The notes below the pieces were generated by a model. That model saw only the letters and a program-made list of their open reading frames with translations. It was not told the DNA's origin and searched no databases. This document shows, piece by piece, positions 9,029 to 16,945 of a stretch of DNA of 64,000 nt. The position numbers and the translations under genes were made by a program. This DNA is from Phycisphaeraceae bacterium (GTDB lineage: Bacteria; Planctomycetota; Phycisphaerae; Phycisphaerales; UBA1924), in assembly GCA_019636795.1 (NCBI GenBank), contig JAHBWW010000006.1, forward strand, positions 39,253-103,252. Direction: 5' to 3'. Position 1 is the first letter of the stretch; each line of letters starts with the position of its first letter.

Positions 9029-10600
9029 TTACGGGCAGCCGTTCGAGAACATATCGAGATAAATCAGAACGTCGAAAATGTCGTGCTGACTATCGCCATT
9101 CAGGTCCGCCCTTGGGTTTCCCGCCTGCCACATGCTGATGAAGGCAACAACGTCAAAGAAATCCAGCACCCCATCTGCAATCATGTCAGTTGCACATTCG
9201 GCCGTCGCAGGCGACGCTCCGAACTCGATCGCACCAAGATCCACAATCGGGCCCTCCCCGATCCCCGTGTCTGCCGTATCCGGGTCATCCACGAATCGCG
9301 CATTGCCCAGCAGGTCCAGCGTCACTCCGCTCGGCACCGCGCTGTTGTCGCCCGCATCGATCGCTGGCGACCCTGCCATCGGAGCAAAGTCCGCATCCAG
9401 CATCGGATGAATCTGCATCACCCCGCCGCCAATGTTCGTGTTCCAGATCGGACCGTTGACAATGCTGTTCGAAACCTGTGTCAGTCCGTTACCCCCGATC
9501 TCGTTTGATCCTGTGCCCGAGTTGCCGCTCAGAATCGAGTTCTTCACCACAGGTGACGCGTTGTACGTCGTGAACAGCGCCCACGGATTGTTCACGATCG
9601 TGCAGTTCGTGATCCGAGGCGACGAACTGTTGCAATACACCCCGCCACCAATCGCTGCCAGTGAGCCTGCCATCACCGTGTTCACAATCTCCAGCGTGCC
9701 ATCGCCCGCGATATAGAACGCCCCGCCATACGCCCCGCGATTACTGATGAATCGCGACCGATCAATCCGCCCCGATGTGTTCGACGTGTACACACCACCG
9801 CCCGCGAGCGTGTCGAACTGGATCGACCCGCTCTGCACTTCCGCAAAACCGTTGCTCTCCACGAGCATCTGCGAACCATTGATATTCACATGATTCAGCC
9901 ACAAACCACCGCCGAGCTGTCCGCATCCGTTCTCCCGCAGCTCCACCTCGCGCAGCGTCAGATGTCCCCCTTGCCCCGCCAGTCCGCCGCCGTTGTTGGT
10001 TGCACGATTGTTCTCCAACACTGTGCGCTCGATCGTGACATTCCCGCCCGCCGTGCTCACCGCACCACCAGACAAGGCCTCATTCTCCATGAACAGGGCA
10101 TCGATCACCGTAACGGTGCTTCCTTCCGCCCGCAGTCCGCCACCAAAGATGTTGCTGTTTCCCGTCACAACCACACCCTCGATCCGCGCAGTCGAGTTCG
10201 AGATCCAGATCCCTCCGCCCGTGGGGTGTGCTCCGCCGAGCGCGCCTAGCCCGCCCGTGATCGTAAACCCGCTCAGCACCGCCTCACCACCCGAAACGCC
10301 GTGCATCCGCACCACAAACGCAGCAATTCCTCCTGCGTCAATCGTCGTCACACCCGCGCCATCGCTCGATCGCACCGTGATGGCTTTGCTCCCAAACTGA
10401 AGAGTCTCCTGATACACGCCCGGCGAAACCACAATCACATCACCCGCCTGCGCAATATCGATCGCACCTTGAATCGTTGCCACGTCGCCCGGCACCGCGA
10501 TATCCGCGCTCATCGCCGCGCCCGCTGTCATGATCAAGGCAACCCCGATCAACCCCGCACGCCGCCCGGTACTCGACAGACCTTCTCTCAGAATGCTCAT
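9029..10600 (-). CDS. secreted right-handed beta-helix repeat protein with C-terminal GC-type dockerin-like domain
   Basis: Signal peptide, then many ~22-aa G/N-rich parallel beta-helix turns. The C-terminus CATDMIADGVLDFFDVVAFISMWQAGNPRADLNGDSQHDIFDVLIYLDMFSNGCP has two dockerin/EF-hand-like segments and ends in GC. ATG at 10600 (track start 10603 is GTG). Confidence 0.75.
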   Translation of the reverse strand: MSILREGLSSTGRRAGLIGVALIMTAGAAMSADIAVPGDVATIQGAIDIAQAGDVIVVSPGVYQETLQFGSKAITVRSSDGAGVTTIDAGGIAAFVVRMHGVSGGEAVLSGFTITGGLGALGGAHPTGGGIWISNSTARIEGVVVTGNSNIFGGGLRAEGSTVTVIDALFMENEALSGGAVSTAGGNVTIERTVLENNRATNNGGGLAGQGGHLTLREVELRENGCGQLGGGLWLNHVNINGSQMLVESNGFAEVQSGSIQFDTLAGGGVYTSNTSGRIDRSRFISNRGAYGGAFYIAGDGTLEIVNTVMAGSLAAIGGGVYCNSSSPRITNCTIVNNPWALFTTYNASPVVKNSILSGNSGTGSNEIGGNGLTQVSNSIVNGPIWNTNIGGGVMQIHPMLDADFAPMAGSPAIDAGDNSAVPSGVTLDLLGNARFVDDPDTADTGIGEGPIVDLGAIEFGASPATAECATDMIADGVLDFFDVVAFISMWQAGNPRADLNGDSQHDIFDVLIYLDMFSNGCP

Positions 10601-10768
10601 CACTCAATTCCTTTCCAGTTGTGACGCCCGAAACCGGGCATTCGTGAGATTCGACGCATCCGCGATGCGTCCGAGAAGCCGAACGGCTCCTTCTCGTGCT
10701 TCGCCCGGGTCACGCGGGCCGATTCACCAAAATTTGTAAAGATCTGCACCCCGCCGACAATGCGATTC

Positions 10769-11617
10769 CTACCGCGTCATCTCCACCAGCCACACCGCAA
10801 TCTCAGCGTCGCCATACGTCGCGTCCCAGGCGTTGTGATCCGCCTCCGGCAGCACCGTAAACCGGGGGGTCGAGCCCGCCGCAATCAAAACCTCAACCAG
10901 CAACTCGCTCTCCCGCATCGGCACCACCTGATCACGGGCACCATGCACCACCCACATCGGCATCTCCGCCAGCGCCGACGCATACCGAGTCAACGCCGGA
11001 TCATCCGCCTGAGTCCAGCTCCTCACTCCCCCAGGCCCCCACACCGGCGCCACATACCCGCACACCGGAACCGCAGCCCTGAATCGTTCCCGATGCCCAG
11101 CGCCGATCGCGATCGTCCCATGCCCGCCTTGACTCAACCCAGTGATCGCCACACGCTTGGAATCAATCAGCCCCGCTTCGATCGCCGCATCCACCATCGC
11201 CAGCACCGCACCCGCATGGTCCTCCCATGCATCCGCGAACTCAGGCTTCTGTGGCAGCACCACCACGAAAGGCCACCGATCAGGATCACGCTCCAGCGCA
11301 GGCCCAATCCCGACCGTCACCTGCTTGCGCCCATCCGTTCCGCACTCGCCCAGCCCATGCAGGAACACCAGCCCTGCGCAGGGCATCTCAATCCCGCTCG
11401 GCACCCACAGCGCATACCGATATTCCCGATCACCGAACATCACCGTCTCGTCGCGAAACGATCCCCCCGTCGGAACCTCAGGCTCGTTGGTCACTGCAGG
11501 ATGCAATGGTGCCGCGTCCACGTTCGGCGCCGTGCGCGCAGGTTCTCGAGCGCAACCCGACAAGCCACACCCCGCCGCACACACCGCCGCACACAACACG
11601 ACAACCCACGCCCTCAT
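10769..11617 (-). CDS. alpha/beta hydrolase (carboxylesterase / S9-like peptidase family) lipoprotein
   Basis: Lipoprotein-type N-terminus (AAGCGLSGC), nucleophile elbow GLSQGGHG, then HGARDQVVP and ADHNAW (candidate Asp/His of the triad). Its ATG overlaps the stop of the upstream M48 gene (ATGA). Confidence 0.7.
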   Translation of the reverse strand: MRAWVVVLCAAVCAAGCGLSGCAREPARTAPNVDAAPLHPAVTNEPEVPTGGSFRDETVMFGDREYRYALWVPSGIEMPCAGLVFLHGLGECGTDGRKQVTVGIGPALERDPDRWPFVVVLPQKPEFADAWEDHAGAVLAMVDAAIEAGLIDSKRVAITGLSQGGHGTIAIGAGHRERFRAAVPVCGYVAPVWGPGGVRSWTQADDPALTRYASALAEMPMWVVHGARDQVVPMRESELLVEVLIAAGSTPRFTVLPEADHNAWDATYGDAEIAVWLVEMTR

Positions 11618-12594
11618 CGCGCGTCAATCCGCGTCTCGACCGCCGCGTGCTCATCTCCCAGCGCCTCGGCCGCACACAGTCCACACCATGTCGCCGTCTC
11701 GTGCAGCGCAAAACCCTGATCCCACGCGCCACTCCTCGGCAGCATCGCCAAAGGCCTCAGCATGCGTGCCCGAAACCGGTCCTCATGAAACTCATACGCC
11801 GGGTCATCAACCATCGCGCTGTAATGCTTCTTGATGCGTTCATTGATATCCGCCACGCGCCGCTCCGGGTGCGGGTGCGTCGCAAACATCTCCGCCCCGC
11901 GCTCCGAACCCTGCGACAGGTCCGCCAAAACCTGCATCGCCCCGCGCGCGCCAAGCGGGTTGTACCCCGCTCTCACCATGTACCGCATCCCCAGCGCATC
12001 AGATTCCGACTCCTGATTCCGCCCATATCGCAGCAGATACAACCCCGTCCCCGCCCCGATCACCGCAGGCACGCCCGCCCGCACCACTTCGCTGTCCGAA
12101 CCCTGCGCCGCGACCCCAGCCCCAACCAGCAGCACCGACGCGCCGATCTGCTGGCTGATCCTCGTGTTCCCGTGCCTTGCCGTCACATGCCCGATCTCGT
12201 GCCCCATGATGAACGCCAGTTCCGCCTCATTGCTCAGTTTCTCAACCAGCCCACGCGACATGAACGTCTTGCCACCCGGAAGTGCAAACGCATTGATCAC
12301 CGGGCTGTCGAGCAGCGTGAACTCCCAGGGCAGCGTCGCCCAATCCCCTTCAGTGTGCGCGACCATGCTCATGCACACCTCAGCCAGATACGCCTGCACC
12401 GCCTCGTTCTTCACTCTCCCGCCATATTCCTCCGACAACTGCGCCTGGGCCTGCTCTCCAATCTCGATTTCCTGCGCCCGGCTCAGCAACGCAAACTGCG
12501 ATCGCCCCAACGTCGGATTGTCCGAACACCCCGCCAGCATCAATCCTGTCGATCCAACCACAAACACCACCAAGTACTTCATCACGCTCTTCAT
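11614..12594 (-). CDS. M48-family zinc metalloprotease, lipoprotein
   Basis: HEIGHVTARH (HExxH). Signal/lipobox MKSVMKYLVVFVVGSTGLMLAGC. ATG 12594 is preceded by GAAGGAG. Confidence 0.85.
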   Translation of the reverse strand: MKSVMKYLVVFVVGSTGLMLAGCSDNPTLGRSQFALLSRAQEIEIGEQAQAQLSEEYGGRVKNEAVQAYLAEVCMSMVAHTEGDWATLPWEFTLLDSPVINAFALPGGKTFMSRGLVEKLSNEAELAFIMGHEIGHVTARHGNTRISQQIGASVLLVGAGVAAQGSDSEVVRAGVPAVIGAGTGLYLLRYGRNQESESDALGMRYMVRAGYNPLGARGAMQVLADLSQGSERGAEMFATHPHPERRVADINERIKKHYSAMVDDPAYEFHEDRFRARMLRPLAMLPRSGAWDQGFALHETATWCGLCAAEALGDEHAAVETRIDAR

Positions 12595-12638
12595 CTGACG
12601 ACTCCTTCGCACCCTGCGACAGTGTTCTACCATCGCTG

Positions 12639-13430
12639 GTGAACTCCGCATCCAAAACTACCAATCAGGACACCGTCTGGACCGACGCCACCCTGACCGA
12701 TCCTCACCACGACGCCGACAAGCCCGCAAAGGTCCGGGCAATGTTCTCCGCCATCGCAAGATCCTATGACCTCAACAACCGGGTGCATTCCCTCGGCCAG
12801 GACCAACGCTGGCGAAAACTCGCCGTCCGTGCCGCCGCCGTTCAATCAGGAGACGTCGTCGCAGACGTCGCCTGTGGCACCGGTGACCTCACTCACGCAT
12901 TCGCCCGCACACCGGCATCCTCTATCCTCGGCCTCGACTTCACCCGCGCCATGCTCGATCTCGCAGAGCACAAACGCACCACCCGCTCCATCCCAGACCC
13001 CGACCGCATCAGATATCTCGAAGCGGACGCACAAAACCTCCCACTCGAATCGGGGTCGGTCGATGTCGTCTCGATCGCCTTCGGCATCCGCAACGTCCAG
13101 AATCCCGATCAGGCTCTGGCCGAGTTCGCCCGAGTCCTCCGCCCCGGCGGGCGACTCGTTATCCTCGAATTCGATCGCCCGGCGATCGCCCCGGTCCGGT
13201 GGTTCAACGCTTTCTACTGTGGCTGGGTCATGCCTCGTACCGCAACCCTCATCAGCCGCGACCGCTCGGGGGCTTATCGCTACTTGCCAAGGTCCGTCGA
13301 ATCATTCATGTCGCGAACAGATCTTGAATCAGCCATGAATCGCCACGGATTCTCACAGATTTCCTCCCGCCCCCTCAGCCTTGGCATCTGCACCCTCTAT
13401 CGCGCCGTCCGATCAGGTCCGCAAACCTGA
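12639..13430 (+). CDS. ubiE: demethylmenaquinone/ubiquinone C-methyltransferase (UbiE/MenG family)
   Basis: MFSAIARSYDLNNRVHSLGQDQRWR plus SAM motif VADVACGTGDL and RVLRPGGRLVILEF. The track start is GTG, so the exact start is uncertain. Confidence 0.85.
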   Translation: MNSASKTTNQDTVWTDATLTDPHHDADKPAKVRAMFSAIARSYDLNNRVHSLGQDQRWRKLAVRAAAVQSGDVVADVACGTGDLTHAFARTPASSILGLDFTRAMLDLAEHKRTTRSIPDPDRIRYLEADAQNLPLESGSVDVVSIAFGIRNVQNPDQALAEFARVLRPGGRLVILEFDRPAIAPVRWFNAFYCGWVMPRTATLISRDRSGAYRYLPRSVESFMSRTDLESAMNRHGFSQISSRPLSLGICTLYRAVRSGPQT

Positions 13431-13641
13431 CCTTCAAGGCCGACTTTGCGCGTTTCAATCCACACGCCACAACACACACCCGATTGTGCGAGATTTTTCT
13501 CTGTGCCTCCGATACTCCATCGCACGGGTGGCACGGAAGCCGACCCGGCCGATCGGACGGGAGTCGATCGTCGAACCCAAATCATGCCCCGGAGCGCGGT
13601 GGAACCGACGCCGGACGTACAGACGTCGGAGCACCACCAGT

Positions 13642-14355
13642 ATGAGTTCGAATCCACTGATCGAAGGGCTCTTTGATGCCCTCATCGCGGGCGATCGTCC
13701 GCTCGCACGCGCCGTTATTCACAATGCCGCACAGACCCTCCCGCCACAGGACATCCTCATCAATCTCCTCTGGCCCTCCTACGCGCTGCTCGACAAGATG
13801 CACCGCAAGGACCAACTCAGCAAACTCAGTTATCAGCTCGGCTCACGCCTCTTACGCGTGCTCGTCGATCAGGTCGCCGCAAACCTTCCTCTCACAGGCA
13901 CCGGGCCCGGCGAAGGACGCACCATCTTCACCTGCTGTGGCCCAACAGACCCCGACGAGCTCGGCGCACAGATCGCCGTCGACCTCCTCGAATCTCACGG
14001 CTTCACAGTCCAATTCGTCGGAGGCAACGTCCCGCACGACGAGATCATCTCCGCCCTCAGTGAAGAACGACCCGCAGTCTTCCTCTGCTTCTGCTCATCA
14101 CAGACAGACCTGCCCTACCTCCGCCTGATCTTCAACACCCTCCACGAAACCGGCATCTGCCCGGACATGCAGATCGCCGTCGGTGGGGGAGTCTTCAATC
14201 GTGCCGAAGGCCTCGCCGAAGAAATGGGCGCCGACGTCTGGGTGCAGGATCCTATCGAACTCGTCGAAGTCCTCATCCACGATCGAGACCTGCGCACCAG
14301 CGTCGCGCACCGCACGTTCGGCAAGCGCCGCCGCCGCTCCAAGCCCGCAGCATAA
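13642..14355 (+). CDS. stand-alone cobalamin-binding-domain-like protein (helical cap + Rossmann-like B12-binding fold)
   Basis: ATG 13642; the upstream part of the track ORF is Arg-rich junk. GRTIFTCCGPTDPDELGAQIAVDLLESHGFTVQFVGGNVP ... AVFLCFCSS ... IAVGGGVF follows the B12-binding domain layout. Confidence 0.6.
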   Translation: MSSNPLIEGLFDALIAGDRPLARAVIHNAAQTLPPQDILINLLWPSYALLDKMHRKDQLSKLSYQLGSRLLRVLVDQVAANLPLTGTGPGEGRTIFTCCGPTDPDELGAQIAVDLLESHGFTVQFVGGNVPHDEIISALSEERPAVFLCFCSSQTDLPYLRLIFNTLHETGICPDMQIAVGGGVFNRAEGLAEEMGADVWVQDPIELVEVLIHDRDLRTSVAHRTFGKRRRRSKPAA

Positions 14356-14396
14356 TTAAAGCCCGCCCGCCAAGGCTCGCTTCAACCACACAAACG

Positions 14397-14426
14397 AAAA
14401 ACCCCGGACACACGTCCGGGGTTTTA
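14397..14426. terminator. bidirectional intrinsic terminator between convergent genes
   Basis: AAAAA-CCCCGGAC-acac-GTCCGGGG-TTTT. An 8-bp GC stem flanked by an A-run and a T-run. Confidence 0.7.
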
Positions 14427-14467
14427 TCAATTCATGGTGATTGTCGCTTCAGGATGAAGCAATCGGC

Positions 14468-15334
14468 TTACTTCACAGGCTCAAACCCGCCCGCACCCCG
14501 ATCGCGATCAAGTTCAATCGAACCGCCACTCGGAGCACCCAGCGAGCGTGCCCCGCCCGATCCTCGAACGATGTAGATCTCGACGCGACGGTTCTCAGGC
14601 GTATTGCCGCTGGCAGTGTTCGGCACCGCAGGACGGAACTCGCCCCAACCTGCCGCCTCCATGCGCCCAGGCGTCACACCAAGCCCGATGAGCGCATCGC
14701 GCACCGCAATCGCCCGGTGCGCCGAAAGGTGCATGTTCGTCGCGTGACGCTGTGCCGTCGCCGCACTCACACGCTGCGAATCCGTATGCCCCACGATGCG
14801 AGCGTCATAGTTCATCGCATCCGACGAGTTGAGAATCCCCGCCAAGGCCCGCAGGCTGTCTCCCGCAGAAGCACGCACCACCGCAGAGCCCGAGTCAAAC
14901 GTCAGATCGCTCGCAAACCGCAGCATCCCACGGTCAGCGTCATACGACACCAGCCCAGGATACCGGTTGGCAAGATCACGCAACGCACTATCCGTCACCG
15001 GGTCCAGTCGTGTCATCGACATCGACGCCAGATCATCCTCGAACTGCCTGATCCGCGCCTGCGCAGCCGCCAGCTGCTGCCTCAGCGTCGCGTTCTCGCC
15101 AGTCAATCCCGTGATCGAATCGCTCGCGCTGCCGGTCTCCCCGCGTAGCGAACTGATCAATCGATTCCGGTCATCAAGTTGTGCCTGAAGATCCGAATTC
15201 GTCGCCTTCAGGCTCCGGTTCGTGTCCACCAGACGGTCATACTCCTGCTGACTCACGCACCCGCCCAGACCCATAACGGAAAGGCACGCCAGAACGCTTC
15301 CCACCAGCCAGCGACGATGCTTCGACATGTTCAT
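14468..15334 (-). CDS. OmpA/MotB-domain lipoprotein with coiled-coil region
   Basis: ATG 15334 behind AAGGAG. MNMSKHRRWLVGSVLACLSVMGLGGC lipobox. Q/L-rich coiled-coil middle. C-terminal OmpA-like domain (IVGHTDS ... NRRVEIYIV). Confidence 0.85.
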   Translation of the reverse strand: MNMSKHRRWLVGSVLACLSVMGLGGCVSQQEYDRLVDTNRSLKATNSDLQAQLDDRNRLISSLRGETGSASDSITGLTGENATLRQQLAAAQARIRQFEDDLASMSMTRLDPVTDSALRDLANRYPGLVSYDADRGMLRFASDLTFDSGSAVVRASAGDSLRALAGILNSSDAMNYDARIVGHTDSQRVSAATAQRHATNMHLSAHRAIAVRDALIGLGVTPGRMEAAGWGEFRPAVPNTASGNTPENRRVEIYIVRGSGGARSLGAPSGGSIELDRDRGAGGFEPVK

Positions 15335-15451
15335 CTTCCATACTCCTTGCGACGGCACACCGCACGGATCGGTCCCGACCCGGCGCCCAACCCGGCGCCC
15401 AACATGGTACCCTCGTGCCAGCAACCATATCGGACTCGTCCCCGCTTTGCC

Positions 15452-16801
15452 ATGAAAGACCTCATCACAGTTATCCCAGATCGCACTCCCACACTCGTCC
15501 TCCTCAGGCCCGACGCAGTATGGGATGCCCACCGGGATCCAAACATCGGAGCCTCGCTCCTGATCCTCATTGAACGCCATCACGACCAACTCACCCGCCT
15601 CCAGACACTCCAATGTTCCCCGTCTCTCGACGCCCCTTCCGGCACACTCACTCTCCCTCTCCCCGGCACCATCCTGCTCCCAGGGTTTGTCAATGCCCAC
15701 ACGCATCTCGATCTCACCGCCATAGGCCCACGACCAAGGCCCGCCGAATCAGCCTTCGCCGCTTGGCTCGACACCGTGCGCACATCGCGCCCGCAATCCG
15801 AACCCGACATCGCCGCTGCTGTCCGTCAGGGTGTCGAACGCTCACTCGCCGGAGGCGTCGTTGCAGTCGGCGACATCGCAGGCTGCACATCCACTGGTCC
15901 CACGCTCGCCCCATGGCACACACTCGCTGCATCGCCCTTGGCAGGTGTCAGTTTCCTCGAGTTCTTCGCCATCGGCAATCGCGCTCACGATCGCATCGCA
16001 CACCTCCACCAACTCCTCAACTCCATTGCATCCCAACCACCCACATCCCACACCACCCGCCTCGGCCTCAGCCCACACTCTCCATACTCCGCCGAGCCCT
16101 CTGCCTTCGACGCCGCACTCCAACTCGCCTCAGCACACAACCTCCCCCTCACGACACACCTGGCCGAAACACTCGACGAACGCAACTTCATCCAGCACGC
16201 ACAAGGTCCGCACCGCACATTCCTCGAGTCCCTCAGCCTTTTCCCCCCGCCCACCAGCGCACACTTCGGCCTCGGGCATCATCCCATCGAGCACCTCGCC
16301 CCATACCTCGCCCGCGCTCACTGGCTCTGCGCGCATTGCAACGACTGCCCCGACCACGCACTCGCCATCCTCGCCCGCTCTCGCGCAAGCGTCGCATACT
16401 GCCCGCGCGCCAGCGACTACTTCAACGCGCCACACTTCCTGGGCCCTCACCGCTATCGCGACATGCTCGCAGCCGGCATCAATGTCTGCCTCGGCACCGA
16501 CTCCATCATCAACCTCCCCGCAGATCCACACGACCAATCCACAGGCTCCCTCTCAACGCTCGATGAAGCCCGCCTGCTCATCCATCGCGATGATCTCGAC
16601 CCGCAGACCGCACTGGCCATGCTCACCACAAACGGCGCACGCGCCCTCGGCCTCGATCCCATCGCATGGACATTCACGCCCGGTGCCCCGCTCGCAGGCA
16701 TCGTCGCCCTCCCCGCAGGCCCCAATCCAGCCGACGCTCTCACCGCCACACACAAGCCCGCACTGCTCGCAATCTGCGCCGCAAGCACCACCCACCCCTG
16801 A
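15452..16801 (+). CDS. metal-dependent amidohydrolase (chlorohydrolase / aminofutalosine-deaminase-like)
   Basis: ATG 15452. LLPGFVNAHTHLDL (HxH metal site), THLAET, CLGTDS. The substrate cannot be assigned from sequence. Confidence 0.75.
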   Translation: MKDLITVIPDRTPTLVLLRPDAVWDAHRDPNIGASLLILIERHHDQLTRLQTLQCSPSLDAPSGTLTLPLPGTILLPGFVNAHTHLDLTAIGPRPRPAESAFAAWLDTVRTSRPQSEPDIAAAVRQGVERSLAGGVVAVGDIAGCTSTGPTLAPWHTLAASPLAGVSFLEFFAIGNRAHDRIAHLHQLLNSIASQPPTSHTTRLGLSPHSPYSAEPSAFDAALQLASAHNLPLTTHLAETLDERNFIQHAQGPHRTFLESLSLFPPPTSAHFGLGHHPIEHLAPYLARAHWLCAHCNDCPDHALAILARSRASVAYCPRASDYFNAPHFLGPHRYRDMLAAGINVCLGTDSIINLPADPHDQSTGSLSTLDEARLLIHRDDLDPQTALAMLTTNGARALGLDPIAWTFTPGAPLAGIVALPAGPNPADALTATHKPALLAICAASTTHP

Positions 16802-16945
16802 TCGCATCGCGCCCGACTCAAGGGAACACGCCTCTCCCGCCGAACAGGCCAGAACGACCTAGAATCCAAACCGCTGGCCGGTGAGTGTCGCGAGTATTCT
16901 GTCGATCGTCCTCTGCCGTCGCCGCGGTCCACAAATGGGAGCGTC

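Noticed and set aside
11227-12642. 471-aa plus-strand ORF
   Set aside because: It is antisense to the alpha/beta hydrolase and M48 protease genes and has a low-complexity Arg/Pro/His composition.
13431-13641. Possible cobalamin riboswitch in the 210-nt leader of the B12-binding-domain gene
   Set aside because: I could not find a convincing B12 box or the conserved GGTG...GAAGCCGG core. There are only loose similarities (GGGTGGCACGGAAGCC). A covariance-model scan (Rfam RF00174) would be needed, so it is not reported as a feature.
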